DNA of 64,000 bases from Chrysomallon squamiferum (taxonomy: Eukaryota; Animalia; Mollusca), in the NCBI GenBank assembly GCA_012295275.1, contig CM022677.1, positions 5,332,001-5,396,000 of the forward strand, in the 5' to 3' direction. The notes under the pieces were generated by a model. It saw nothing but the letters and a program-made list of their open reading frames with translations, had not been told where the DNA came from and made no database searches. Of the stretch, positions 27,150-40,574 are shown one piece after another; position 1 is the first letter of the stretch, and the number at the start of each line of letters is the position of its first letter. The position numbers were made by a program, and so were the translations under genes.

Positions 27150-28971
27150 CTGAAATAATAATAATAATAATAATAATGATAATAATAATAATAATAATAA
27201 TAACAATAATGATGATGATAATAATAATAAAACATTATTATAGCTGAAACTCAATTTATTCATTTACACAACAGTACTCACATTAATATATTTTATTCTC
27301 AACTTGTTAATGTAACCGTTGTGACACTGTACGACTGTAATTATAAATAATAAACTGTGATAGATAATAAAATGTATCTCACCTTTCTCTGTCATATAGC
27401 CTTTTCTTTTTACAATATTGGTTAATTAAAGAACAAAGCACCACTTGATATTACGCTGCACATCTAATTATCACTCTAATATGTTGTTGAACAGAAAACC
27501 ACATTAATGTCTAGCGATCAAACCTTTCCACTCTAAAAAACGTTTATAAAAATGTGGCTTTCGAAGGAATCCCTATGTTGATTTGTGCCATCAACATGTA
27601 ATTAATTCTCACTTTTTGTCTAAAAGCCTAACCTAATTGTCTGCCGATAACTTGAATAATGCAACAGTATTTATCCTTTGGTTACTAGCAGTAGAGTAAA
27701 AAGTAACGTGTGATTTATTTTAATAAGAAACTACATGTTGTTCGTGGGGCAGTGATGTTATATTTTATTACGTAACTACATTTTAGCTACATTCCATATT
27801 TATTTAAAGTTCGTCTCCTACACTACAAAATGCTATGACTAAATATGACTATATTCTTTATTATCAAATTATCAGAAGCATAGTTTATACAACGAAATTT
27901 AAAATCAACGAAAATAACTTAATATTTGATAAATTACATTAATAACTCACAATTTATCAATTAATGTTAATATAGAAACTGCTCCATATTTTTGATTATG
28001 CTTTCAGGTTCCATAAAAAAGATCTGCATAACTGTGAGCTATAAGAAAAGGAAAATTATTAAAGAAATCTAAATATTTACATAGTGTAGAAATTCCTTTT
28101 TGAGTGCACGTAATATAGTATAGCAACACTGTCTTACGTTGTTTTGTTATGTTATTAGGCGGACAATATCTTAGTGGAATGAACTTAATAAAATACACTT
28201 TTTTCTCTGTTACTAATAAATCAAAGAAAATTACCGATATGCTGTTTCAAATTGTTGGAAGAATCTTTGGCGAGATCGTGATGAAATAAGCTGTATTCGT
28301 AACATTTTTTTTTTTTTTTTAGAGGTCGCTCGATAATACATGTATCCCTTATAAACACTAGTGTTTTCGACTCACATGTCACTTTACATCTGCTATAAAA
28401 ACGTTTTAAATAATAAAAGCAGACAGTATGATAAGAACTATTTGTTTATTAATGATATTATGCGTAACTGAAAACAGACGAAGAAACACAACAGAACGCT
28501 CAATAATTGAAATAGGGTGTCTTAAATTCTAATATTGATATCAATTTTCATTTTCATAAATAAGCTTATTATTATTTTTTTTAACACTGCATCATTTAAT
28601 GATGTTTAATTTGTTTTTATTTATTTATTGTCAGTAATTTGCGTTTTCAATCCACAGAGCACAAAACAGAACTGTTTTTCTATCATTGTCTGAATCAGTA
28701 AGTTACACTACTTTTACAATGAAAAGAAAAAAATACTTTTTGTTCTTTTTTTATTAAGATTTTCTTCTTTTTTTTCTTTCTTTCTTAATTAATATTATAT
28801 TTTGAAAATATTTTTTGACAACAAACTAAATTCTTATGGAAAAATGAAAAATAAATGCGATCAAGAAAAGAACAATTATTTTTAAAGATCATGTTAATTT
28901 TATAGCAAATTATCATTAATTGTTGTTGTTGTTGTTGTTGTTATTATTATTATTATTATTATTATTTTTTC

Positions 28972-29034
<63 letters not shown>

Positions 29035-30760
29035 GTACAGATAAAAATAAACTTAGAGACAGACTGACTGATAGAGAGACTGAAAGAATATAGAAATATT
29101 TATAAATAGATGAATAACAGACTCATAGAAAGGAACAAAGATAAATAGAAAGCCAACGAGGAACGTAAACAGAGAGCCAGAGGAACAGAGAGCGAGAGAG
29201 TTTAGGTAGGACGTACATGCACGGAAATAGAATTATGAATTGATAGAAAATGCGACAAGTAGGTATATTAGATATAATAATAATATATTTTGATAATATA
29301 TTTTGATAGAAAATATGTAGACAAATAACTCAGAAAATAAGTAGACAAATAACCTTAGGAACAATGCCAGTACGACGGCAACGACTGCGACATTAATAGA
29401 AATTACAAAAAATAAAGAATAATGAGAAGTACTCCAAGAAAGCTAGGAACAACGTCGTTACGACGGCAACGATGGTGATATTAATACAAATAGAAATAAT
29501 ACATTTTTCTAAAGGATTTGATCGCTAAGGAAGTATGAATAATAGTTAATAAAAAGCAAAATAATAATGGTAAGTACACCTAAAACAATAGAAACAACCC
29601 CTTCACGACTGCAATGACGGCAACATCAAAAAAGATAATAATAATATATGCTGATGAGGAATAGACTTTATAAGATAAAACTGAGATTAGTAAAATTTGT
29701 ATTAGTAGTACGTCTGCTTACTTTATAACCTTCTCACAACATTTTCTGCCGATAATTTAACAAAGCAAAACGGTTTATCTTTCAGTTGCTAGCAGCATCG
29801 CTACGTGTGTTTGTTTATTCGTGATAATGATGCCTAACAGCACCAGCAAAGTGTATGTGGCAGTTACGTAATATTTTATTACCTTTGTTATAGAATTCAG
29901 AGGTAGAGAAGGATATTATTTTTCTTTAAAAATTGAGAAATATAAATAAATGTGCTTTTTTAAAATTTAAAAATACATAAAAAAATGTTTCAAGGTATCA
30001 GAAAATGGGGATATATTATAATAAAAGATATGAACGTGATATTTTGATAGGATGAATGCCGCGATTTACATACGGAATTTAACTAGAGAAAACCTGAATA
30101 GTGAGAAATGTACACAAGAATCTTGCTACATCGCAGTTCATTGTCTACACTCGTTTATTGTCTTATAAATGGATTTATGTCAGCATGGTCCAGTATGATT
30201 CGGTAATTATAAACATTTGTTCTGTATCATTCGTCCTTTTCCGACTGCAAACGCAGTCGCATATAATGATATGTAAAATTATTATTATGATACAGCTGAA
30301 TGACAAAATTAGTATATTTTTATATTGTTTTCGCCTCAGAAAATGTTTATAAAGAGTAGTCATTTATTTATTTATTTATTTATTTAATTGAAACTACTCT
30401 CTTAATCGAGACCTGTCTTCAACTCGCACCAGACCGTTTTACTCTTGAACGATGAACGATAAAAGAAAGAATAACGTTGTATAACAATAAATGTTCTCTT
30501 ATTAACAATATTATTATTTATCTCCAAAACAGACATCGCAGGAAAAAATCCTACTTTCAGGAACTAGGGCCATAGTGTAAGAGTCTAATCATGTTTATGT
30601 AAATAATTTTCAGTTTTACAAATAATGGAAGTTTTCTAAATATTTATTTCTTTTTGTTTACAGTAAAGCTGGAGAAGTAAATATAATAATCCTATATCCC
30701 AGTTTGGAAATGTGTTACGGTTTTGTTTTGTTATCTTATAAATGGATTTAAAATCACCAC

Positions 30761-30809
<49 letters not shown>

Positions 30810-30994
30810 TAAATATACTTTATTTCATTTTAATTTTATTTTTATTTTTTCATTTAACAGTGAAAACAAATTATTTAAATAAAATATATATTTTGATGGA
30901 TGTAAATACCTATTTTAAAGATGTTAATTAAATTAATAAATGAATAAACTATAATTACATACTTTGAAAAAATGAAAATTACTAGTGTAATAAT

Positions 30995-31111
30995 ATCTCC
31001 CATGCACATGCGCAGTCTATAAAGATTTACGTCACGGATTTAAATTCGGGTATAAATAAAACATCCAACGGTTTTACGTCAGTTGACATGCGAATGCCAA
31101 TACTAGTAGGT
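30995..31111 (+). promoter_or_regulatory. Pol II core promoter and ~25-nt first exon of the left RING-gene copy
   Basis: TATAAATA at 31051 and Inr TCAGTT with the A at 31081 (30-bp spacing). TTACGTCA CRE-like sites at 31027 and 31074. NRF1-like GCACATGCGCA at ~31004. GTAGGT donor at 31106. All are conserved in the other arm. Confidence 0.7.
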
Positions 31112-31337
31112 CCCATTTTTTTTTTTTTTTTTAAATTTATTAGTCCAAAGTGACTTATTTTTTAAAATTTATTATAATCAGTAATAGCACTTAACTGTAT
31201 ATTTAGTTAGTATATTATTATCATTATAAATAATTATTCTGCTATAAGAAGTGCAATTACGAAATGAATTCGAATAAAATCTTAACTTTCTTATTATTTT
31301 TATTTTATATTTATTTATTTATTTATTCATTCATTTG

Positions 31338-31385
<48 letters not shown>

Positions 31386-31905
31386 TTAATTTCAAACAAA
31401 AATAACTGTGGGGGTTTTAATTTCCGGAGGTTTATATACAATCTAACTAAAAAGTAAGCTAAATAACGGAGACTCGCGAAATTTGCCGAGTACTACCGGA
31501 AAATACAAACACAATTACTGGGCGAAACCATTTTGGTAAAGGTTTTCTTTACTGATGAAAAAGAAATCAAATAATTCTGAGGACATTATTTTAAAACGCA
31601 ATTAGGAAATTCCATCATGAAATAAAAAAAAAAATGAAAAACTATAATAATAATATTATTTAAAAAATAAATATGTGTTTAAATGAAACAAAATAAACTG
31701 ACAAATAAACACAATAAAATAAAGTAAGGAAAAAGAGGAAAAAATACATTTCTCTATGTATCTGATTGTAAACAAATTTACTGCCATTAAACAAAAAAAA
31801 ACAAAATAGATAGTGTTCTAACAACAGAAATAAAATTAATAGTTATTTTTGGATTATATATAATTTTGTTTTCTCCTACAATGTTACTGCAGTTATCAAT
31901 ACGAA

Positions 31906-32358
31906 ATGGGAAAAGTAAGAGCCGTCCAAGAAAAGGAAAGCACAGGATGATGAGTGCCCTGAAAAGCCTCAGAAAGGGCGAAAGATTTCCGAACGTGACC
32001 CTGGAGAAACATCACGTAGAGGACCAGGGACATCAGCATCTAGGAAACGGAAAGCACAGGATGATGGGTGCCCGAAGAAGCCTCCAAATGGGCGAAAGAT
32101 TTCCGAACGTGGAGAAACATCACGTAGAGGACCAGGGGCATCAACATCTAGGAAACGGAATGCACAGGATGACGGGTGCCCAGAGAAGCCTCCGAAAGTG
32201 CGAGAGATTTCCGATCGTGACCCTGGAGAAACATCACGTAGAGGACTTGGGACTTCAACATCTAGGATACGGAAAGCACAGGATGATGGGTGCCCAGAGA
32301 AGCCTCCAAAAGTGCGAAAGATTTCCGAAAGTGACCATGTAAAAGCATCATGTGAAGA
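31906..32358 (+). pseudogene. Truncated, frameshifted copy of the repeat-RING gene (repeat region only)
   Basis: Acceptor TACTGCAG at 31892 and ATG at 31906 (MGKVRA). An extra C at ~31922 gives a stop at codon 15. About 3.7 repeat units follow, then homology breaks at ~32358 before the RING. Confidence 0.9.
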
Positions 32359-35087
32359 AATATTTATATGTCATAACTTATTCTTAAGTACATACACTTC
32401 TGACTATACTCTGTTGGCCTGTCAGTCTAACTGTATATACAAAGGGCTTTCAAAGTAAGAGCACTGTATTCAAAATTAGAAAAAGTAGGAATACCCTATA
32501 TATTCATCTGTTTATGTATCTTCAGTCACTACTTCTGTCTGTATGTAGGTATATATATAGTTATTTATATATTTATAAAATTATCTCTCATTCTCTGAAA
32601 AATCATACACACAGGGCATACTTCTCTGTCAATCCCTGATTTGTCTCTGTAACACAAAAACACATATAACCACACCTAGTATCAGTCTCTCTCAGTCTAG
32701 CTATCTATCTATCTATAATCTATCTAGCACACATACAAACATTATCTTATTCACAAATTCAGTTATATACCAGTCCTCTAACATAAATACTAATACTCAT
32801 GATTATGAACCTATGTAGCTATATATCTATATATGTAGTTTGTATATAGTGTATACAGAGTATGTGTGTGTGTGTTGTCCATCCATCCATCTATATCTAA
32901 ACTCTCTAACACACACACACACACACATACACACACACTCATAAACCTATTCATTCATGTATTTATTTATATTTAACACACACCCATTCCTTAACACACA
33001 TATCTATCATATATCTATCAATCATCTGACTCTCTCAAGAATCCAGAAAAAAGCACACTATTTTTCATACACATTATATAACCGTTCTCTGTAACACATA
33101 CAGATACACATCAATTTATCTATGTTATCTGTGTATATCTATCTATATATGTCCACCTAACCTATCAATCTGTCTCTCAAGCAATGAATATGTCTAATTA
33201 TCTCTATATCAATATATCTCACTTTCTCAGTTACACATAGCACAGTCTTTTGTGCACACATACAAACACACACACACACACAAACATCAACTCACACACA
33301 CACACACACACACTCTATTTACATTCTTTTTAATTATTTAAATACACTCTTTCTATCTAGTTATCTATCTATGTATTGATCCCATATACATAAGCAACAG
33401 ACTCAGTCTTTCCTACAGTTGTGTGGGTATAAACTCATGTCTACTTGCATCTATCTATCTTTCTAGTAATCTATCTAGCTTTCTTCTGTCTATCAATTTA
33501 CCTGTCTGTTATCATCTACCATCTGTCCACCCTTTTATACACATTATACAATCAACTATAACACACACACACACACATGTAGTTAATATATATATATATA
33601 TATATATATGCATGCATGTGTGTGTTTGTATATTAACACATACCCATTCCTTAACACACATATCTATCTATATATCTATTAGTCTGTCTAAGTATCAATC
33701 TACCAACTAGTAACATACCTACTATTATATTATCTCTCTCGCTTATATGCCTATTTTTTAATAACAATCTATCAAACATATGTCCAGCTCACTGAATATC
33801 TAACTATATACTACTTCAAAGCTCGCTATCTTGCTGTATATCTGTCTGTATAATCTATCTGTATTTATCTCTGTATATTTATCTATGTAACTTACCTGTA
33901 TTTATTTCTCTATATCTGTTTGTATAACACAGATCCTCTCCTCTATGTTTGTCTCTGTGTGTGGTTTTGTGTGTGTGTGTGTGTGTGTCTGTTTATCTAC
34001 CAAATATATCCTCTCTCTTAAGTCTATTTCTAACATAAACATTTTCTTACACATATACATCCTCAAATCTACTGCCATCCACTTTACTAATATATTACCT
34101 ATCTTGCTTGACACTTATCCTTCTATCTATCTTTCTGTCTATCTATTGAACCTACTGGCCTGCCTATCTGTTTAGCTATCTATATATCTCTCTGTCTATC
34201 CTCCATATGTATGTCTATCTAAACATTTTTTCATAATCAATCTACCTAACAGTTATATAATCTGTCTAATTTACTTTTATCTTGTCCATCCACTGAAATC
34301 AATAACCATCAATAACATATATCAGTCATTTAAACATCTCCTTGTCTACAACTCCTATGTATCCACCTACAGATCTCCCTATTTTTCTATATGTTTGCAC
34401 ACATATGCACTCAGTAAATTCACACTCTTCAAAAAACACAAGCATATTTTCCTTCCCATACACATGTATATACTATTCTCTGATCCAACTTATGCATACC
34501 TACACTTGCATATACATTCAGTCTTCCACATTACCATCCATACTTGCCTATCTGTCTCTCTGCTACATAACTATCTACATATATCTACATATCAACCTAC
34601 TGAACTACTCACCTACATACCTTTTGTTTATTATCCACATTACAACAGAGCAATAACCATCCATCAATTATATATCTAATTCCCTGTCAAACTACCTACA
34701 TACATAACTAACTATGTCTAGATAGCTACATTACAACCGATGTATTTTACTGTATGTCTACACTCTCAGCCTGGCACACAAACACACATGACAAAAAGAA
34801 GAAAACACAGAATAGATAAATCGACATTGTCATGTTCACCTGTCTACCTAAATTCATCTACATTTATCAATTCCTTTTTCCACGTAAATACCACCTCCTC
34901 TTTCCTGTAATGTATTGAAATTGAAAATGAAAATGAAAATGAAAATAATATTAAAATAAAAATATAATGATTTCAAGTATTGTTTTACAAGTGCGTACTC
35001 AGCACTGTCCGCTGTGGAGTTTTAGCAGAGTAAGTGTTCACATTATGTGCCTAATGAGAATATTCATCCACCAGCATCAGTGAAAAC

Positions 35088-35144
<57 letters not shown>

Positions 35145-35299
35145 TTTATTTCTGGCTGGCGACATATCTGGAAAATCAAAATCTAGTACGAAATGGGTAC
35201 GAGATACTATGGCGTCAAAGTTCCCCCCCAAGAAAATAATTATTAAATTAAAAATTGGTTTCGACCTTTGCAGCAATTGCTGCTGAATAATAGGCATAT

Positions 35300-35475
35300 A
35301 CGTATAAACGGCATTAGTTATATGATGTATTTCCTCAAATTACTTTTAATAATCCATACAGACTTGACTGGATGTTTAAAAGTTTGTAAACACTGATCGG
35401 CGCTCGACGCTGCCATTTTGGATTTCGATCGGAAGTTTCCGTGAGCGCTCGGAAACCGTCTGATCGGGTTTTTGA
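35300..35475 (-). promoter_or_regulatory. CpG-rich housekeeping-type promoter / first-exon relic (copy 1)
   Basis: YY1-type AAAATGGCAGCG overlapping an ATG at 35416, with ETS CGGAAGT nearby. Short frame MAASSADQCLQTFKHPVKSVWIIKSNLRKYII*. Confidence 0.45.
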
Positions 35476-36614
35476 ACTTCCAAGTTCAACTATTTTACGT
35501 CTGTTTTCTTAACTTTTTATGATTTGTAAATTACATTTGCGCTGATAAAACCATGATCTCTTGCTCCTTTCCTATTTTTTCAATTTAATCATACTTATCA
35601 AACGTTTCAAACTGGATTACTTTTATGCAAATGCTTGCATAATAAACTGAAATTATAATTTGTTATTACTGTATTAACTTCTCCAGTTGGCAATGTTCCC
35701 CAACATTAAAGAAGATTCAGGTGTAGTTTGTACCCAATAAATCGGTGAAGTATTATTAAATAGCTTTCAAATATTCTCCTAAATATGGTGTATTGTATAT
35801 GCGTAAATATACCAAAAATTTCATATAAAAATAATTTGTAAATAAATTCATTGTTTTTAAAGAGACAAATTGAAAAGAAATAAATTAACTTGAATAAACA
35901 CATTAAATAAAATAAGCATTTTACAATAATTCAATAAATAATAATAACACATTAAATAAACCAATACTAAAGGAAACTGGTTATTTAAAAGACAAACAAA
36001 TCGTAAGGAATGTTACTAAGCTGGTGCTGTCTGTTACAAAACATTATACAAAATTAGTTCTTTTCAACTAAAAGCAGCAAATCTAACTTGCCGTCGCATC
36101 CCATATGCGGAGTAATCTATTTCAGAAGTTTGTGGTCTACGGGAAATAACTCTATTTAACACGTTGGAAAATATACAAAAAAAGACTGAGTGTCAAGTAA
36201 AATATTAAAAAACAACACAATAAGAAAAGGAAATTACATAGAAATATATATTTTTTCAATAAATGGAGCAACGAAAGATTATTAGTGACATATAGATCAT
36301 TCACTCAGTTTACTGAATTCACTAAAATGATTTTATTTAAACCTATATATTTTTTATTTCTGTTTAATATAACTGTTTCTTTATAATCAGTTTATGCCTG
36401 AAATAATTTTATTTCCTTTCTTTCTCTTTTCTTTTTCACTTGTTTCAGTATTCTTTCTAAATTATTATTTTCTTTATCATTTTAATTAGTATTATTGTAG
36501 TTATTGTTTTTATTTTTATCATTAATCTCATTATTTCAGATATTATTACTGACAAAAAGAACAATTATCAATAGATACACACACACACATAGAAATAGAA
36601 AGAATCCGGTTATA

Positions 36615-36986
36615 CTCACACACACACACACACATACTAATATCAGAGCAGCAATTATCACTATTGCTGATACACATACACACACTATTATCAGAGTAGC
36701 AATTATCACTATTGCTGATATACTCAAACACAAACACACACACATATACTATTAATAGAGTAGCAGATATCACTATTGGTGATACACACACAGACTCCTA
36801 AGCAAAAACAAATACTATTATCAGAGTAGCAGTTATCACTATTACTCACAAACATACACATTATTATCTGAGTAGGAATTATCACAAATGCTGATACACA
36901 CACACACTATTATCACAGTGGCAATTATCACTAGTGCTGATACAAACACACACACATTTATCAGTGTAGCAGTTATCACTATTACT

Positions 36987-37023
<37 letters not shown>

Positions 37024-37840
37024 TTATGAGAGGTAGCAATTATCACTATTGCTGATACACTTACACAAACACACACACATACCATTATCAGAGAAGTAGG
37101 TATCACTATATCTGATACACTCAAACACACACATATACTATTATCAGAGTTGTAATTATCACTATTGCTGACACACTCACACACACACAAACATGTACAC
37201 ATACATGCACACACTCACACACACATTATTATCAGTGTAGCAGTTATCACTATTTCTGATACACACACACATACTATTATCAGAGTAGCAGTTATCACTA
37301 TTTCTGATACACTCAAACGCACACACACTCATGCACACATCAGAGTAGCAGTTATCACTATTATCACACACACAGGCACACAAACACATACACACACACA
37401 CACTATTATCACTATTGCTGATACACACACACATACACACATACAGAGTTTAATATTCTTGGCATATGGTTTAACGAAATTGTCTCTGTCAGATACAGAA
37501 AGATAAAGATTATATACAGAATAATTTTCCAAATATTAGAAAAATTTATAAAATTTAAACAAAAGTTACCTCAAGTAAGTTTAATTAAAGATCAGAACAG
37601 TTTCCAATGTCCACATCTTTCAAAGAAAGGAGTTTTCCATGGAAACTCAAACAGCTTGTTGGTTAAACAACTGGAGTTCAGTCTTAATTCCTGTATAGAA
37701 CTTGTTACAGATTTGGAATCTGGAATAAGTGAAAAACAGTATTAAGAAACCTTAACTATCAGCAGAAAAAGGAAATAAAAGTAGAAAAAATATAATAATA
37801 ACAAATTTGTCAAACCTAGATAGTCACAGAATGAAATACA
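36615..37840 (-). repeat. Inverted duplicate of ~12380-13900 (LRR exon plus minisatellite)
   Basis: 37567-37730 is the reverse complement of the 12500-12669 exon, with indels. 36615-37445 is the same minisatellite on the minus strand. Confidence 0.9.
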
Positions 37841-37849
37841 CGTGTGATA

Positions 37850-38010
37850 CTTGCTACTCTGATAATAGTGTGTGTATTTGTGTGTGTATTAAGAAATATT
37901 TGGTTATCAGTTTATATGTTTAAATGCTTTGTACAAAATACTCAGGCCTGTTTTATTTAAATTTAAGATTGAAACTGACGGTGCCCTTAGTCTTTGTTTA
38001 TACCACCAAG
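37850..38010 (+). repeat. Direct duplicate of 24384-24532
   Basis: TTAAGAAATATTTGGTTATCAGTTTATATGTTTAAATGCTTTGTACAAAATACTCAGGCCTG...TATACCACCAAG at both sites. Confidence 0.92.
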
Positions 38011-38149
38011 ACGTTTTAACGCTGCAATCAGAATTTAAATTATTATTTTTCTCAGCAGAGGTGTAGCTAATATTAACACAGTGCTTTGGAAAATACAGCG
38101 GGTGTTCTTTTTTAATTAACAGTATTAGAAAAAGTACTGTATATAATAT

Positions 38150-38495
38150 AGCAGAACTTTATGAAAATAACCTGAGATTCAGGTACGAAACGTTCGTTTT
38201 GTTAAAATAACGTGGTATTTTACTAATTCTAAATCGTATAATAAAAAAGTGTAATTTTACTGTACGTGAAACTAATCGTTATATATACTACCCAAAATAT
38301 TGATAATCACAGATAATCTACTAAATATTACTGACAATTATAAATTATAATTTTGCATGGCGTTATGAAAGTAAGCGGCTTAATTACCTGTAAAAAGAAG
38401 AAGGTGAGAATTAATTACCTGAAAAAAAAGAAAAAGGTGAGAATTAATTGCTGGTTGAGCGGTGATATTTACAGTCAAGAATGTTGAGAAATGAT
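38150..38495 (+). repeat. Dispersed repeat, second copy at ~63680-64000
   Basis: Shared GTGTAATTTTACTGTACGTG, AAAATATTGATAAYCACAG, ATATTACTGACA and TAAGCGG. Confidence 0.85.
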
Positions 38496-38918
38496 AATAT
38501 CGTACAGGTTATATTTATAAATCTCAGAGTTAATTCACTGGAATCACGATAGTGTGTACTGATTAGCTGAGAACAAGCAAGATGAACATGTTATTTTATT
38601 ACGCGAAATTTAATGTTTTCGTTACATTCATTAAAAGGTGAACTTCAGCGTTGTAATTTGTAAAGTCCTCCTTTTGACAATAGCTATGTAACAACAACAA
38701 CAACAACAATAATAAAACTTTAATACCTTCTTTCTTTATTTATTTCTGTAAAAACATTTTTGACGCTAATCTCTTAGTTTCATTAGAATTGTTTTTTGAG
38801 AGCGGATATAAAAATTACTTCTAAATTGTTTTTAGGCCGCGTAACGTTATCATAGTTATTCTTAGTATTTGTTTCCGTCCAGTTATAAAAATAAATACTT
38901 CTTTATTAAAAAAAAGAG

Positions 38919-38949
<31 letters not shown>

Positions 38950-40574
38950 ACTGATTTATTTATAATATAATTATAGGAGAAATCGTGAACATTTTAGAAG
39001 CAGTGATTTTTAACTAAAGAGTATCGCTATTTACGCTGACCATTTTAACCATCGATATCAAATTAAGAACCAGTTTTTATCACGTTTTTATACGGGATAT
39101 TAAAATTAGATTAATTAGAGATTATCGGTCATATTACTGAATAATTATGGAATTTCATTCGGGATTATCTCACTTTACTCAATGTTTAAAAAAAAAAAAA
39201 AAAAAAAAAGATGAAGGGGAAAGAATTGTCGGTAATATGAAAACAATAGTAAATACAATCTTCATCTAGCACTTCACATATATTCACGTTAATAATAAAA
39301 TATCATAACATGAAAGACCATCATTATACTGTGAGAAGGACGCTAATTTGGAAAATAATATAAAAATATACGTTTTTCAAGATGTGTTGTATAGCTAATA
39401 ATATTACCGAAGACATCCTAATTTTCATTGATAACAGTATATGGCATATTAAAAATAACATTTCAATGACGTGAGTATAATTTTAATTTTAATATTAATA
39501 TTTAGATGTGGAGTGGAGATATAATGCTTCTATCTTACTTTAGAAAATTATTCAAATTTTGAATTGATCAAAATATAACGTTAATATCGTTTATAATAAA
39601 ATACACACAAGGTTAAAAACCCAATAACATTCTGGCTTTTTCCTGACACTCTGTAGAAACTGATAAAGTTCCTCACTTATTACAATCAATCATTAATCAT
39701 TCTGCAATGATAACGCAAACAAATCTCTTACAATACATTTTGAAAAAGGTTCAATTTTTTGGGGGTTTTAACCTGCCATTTTACATTTTTTTCGAAAGTA
39801 TTACTTCCTTTCCTGTCAGAGTATGAAGACTTTCACTAAAAAATAATAAAAAGAAATATTAAAAATTGAAATAAATGAATGAAATATGAGTGAAATGTTG
39901 AATAAAAGAACATACATACACAGAGACACATATGCATACTCACATTAAAAACTCAAATTTTAACAGCGTTTGCTATAATAGTTAATCCGAATACTTAAAC
40001 TAATAGCCTTAGAGATCAAATCCCAGCCACACCTTTTGTTCAGAATTAATTATAGAGATGTAAAATTACTACTATGTCTGTTTAACTCATCTTCTAAGAC
40101 TATTTTGAAAAAATACTATATTTATACAATAGAATAATATCAACTCAAAATATTTATTGTTGCAAAGATAATAATAAAAAAATACAGTATATCTTTAGAA
40201 AATAAGATATAATTTATATTGTTTTTAAATTAATAATTCAATAAATAAATAAATAAAAATATCTACATTGTTTATATAAACATTGTTTAACCAATGAGAT
40301 GCTGAGGTTCCGGGCACCTGCCATCGTATTCAAATGTTATAAAACTTTGAATTAGGTCAATAAAATCGATTCTTTCCAGTAAATATTTTAAAAATCGCTC
40401 ATTACTGATCCTGCAGAGCTGTTATTCAGTAAAATCATTTTGTGGAACAATATTTGAATCGGGTCCGATTTTTATTTTATTTAATTTTATTTCTTTCTTT
40501 ATTTATTTTTATTTTTTATTTGTTTCACTTTTATTTCTTTATTTATTTTTTGTCACTTTTAGCTCGGGATTTTG

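Larger units (their letters stand above)
29890..36613 (+). repeat. Left arm of a large inverted segmental duplication
   Basis: Reverse-complement matches: 30140-30760/53340-53940, 30990-31110/52855-52990, 31405-31680/52170-52450, 31770-32358/50240-50820, 33060-36613/43740-47670. The ORF track also shows mirrored peptides (35706-35903 versus 44400-44597). Confidence 0.95.

Noticed and set aside
31866-32342. 158-aa ORF with HHVEDQGHQH repeats (also 50249-50644 and antisense 50159-50557)
   Set aside because: Alternative frames of the 114-nt coding repeat. They stay open because the unit length is a multiple of 3. The RING-linked frame is the real one.
34342-35903. Peptides conserved between the arms (MSTTPMYPP.., MCLFKLIY..)
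   Set aside because: The conservation is explained by the recent duplication. They are low complexity with no domain.
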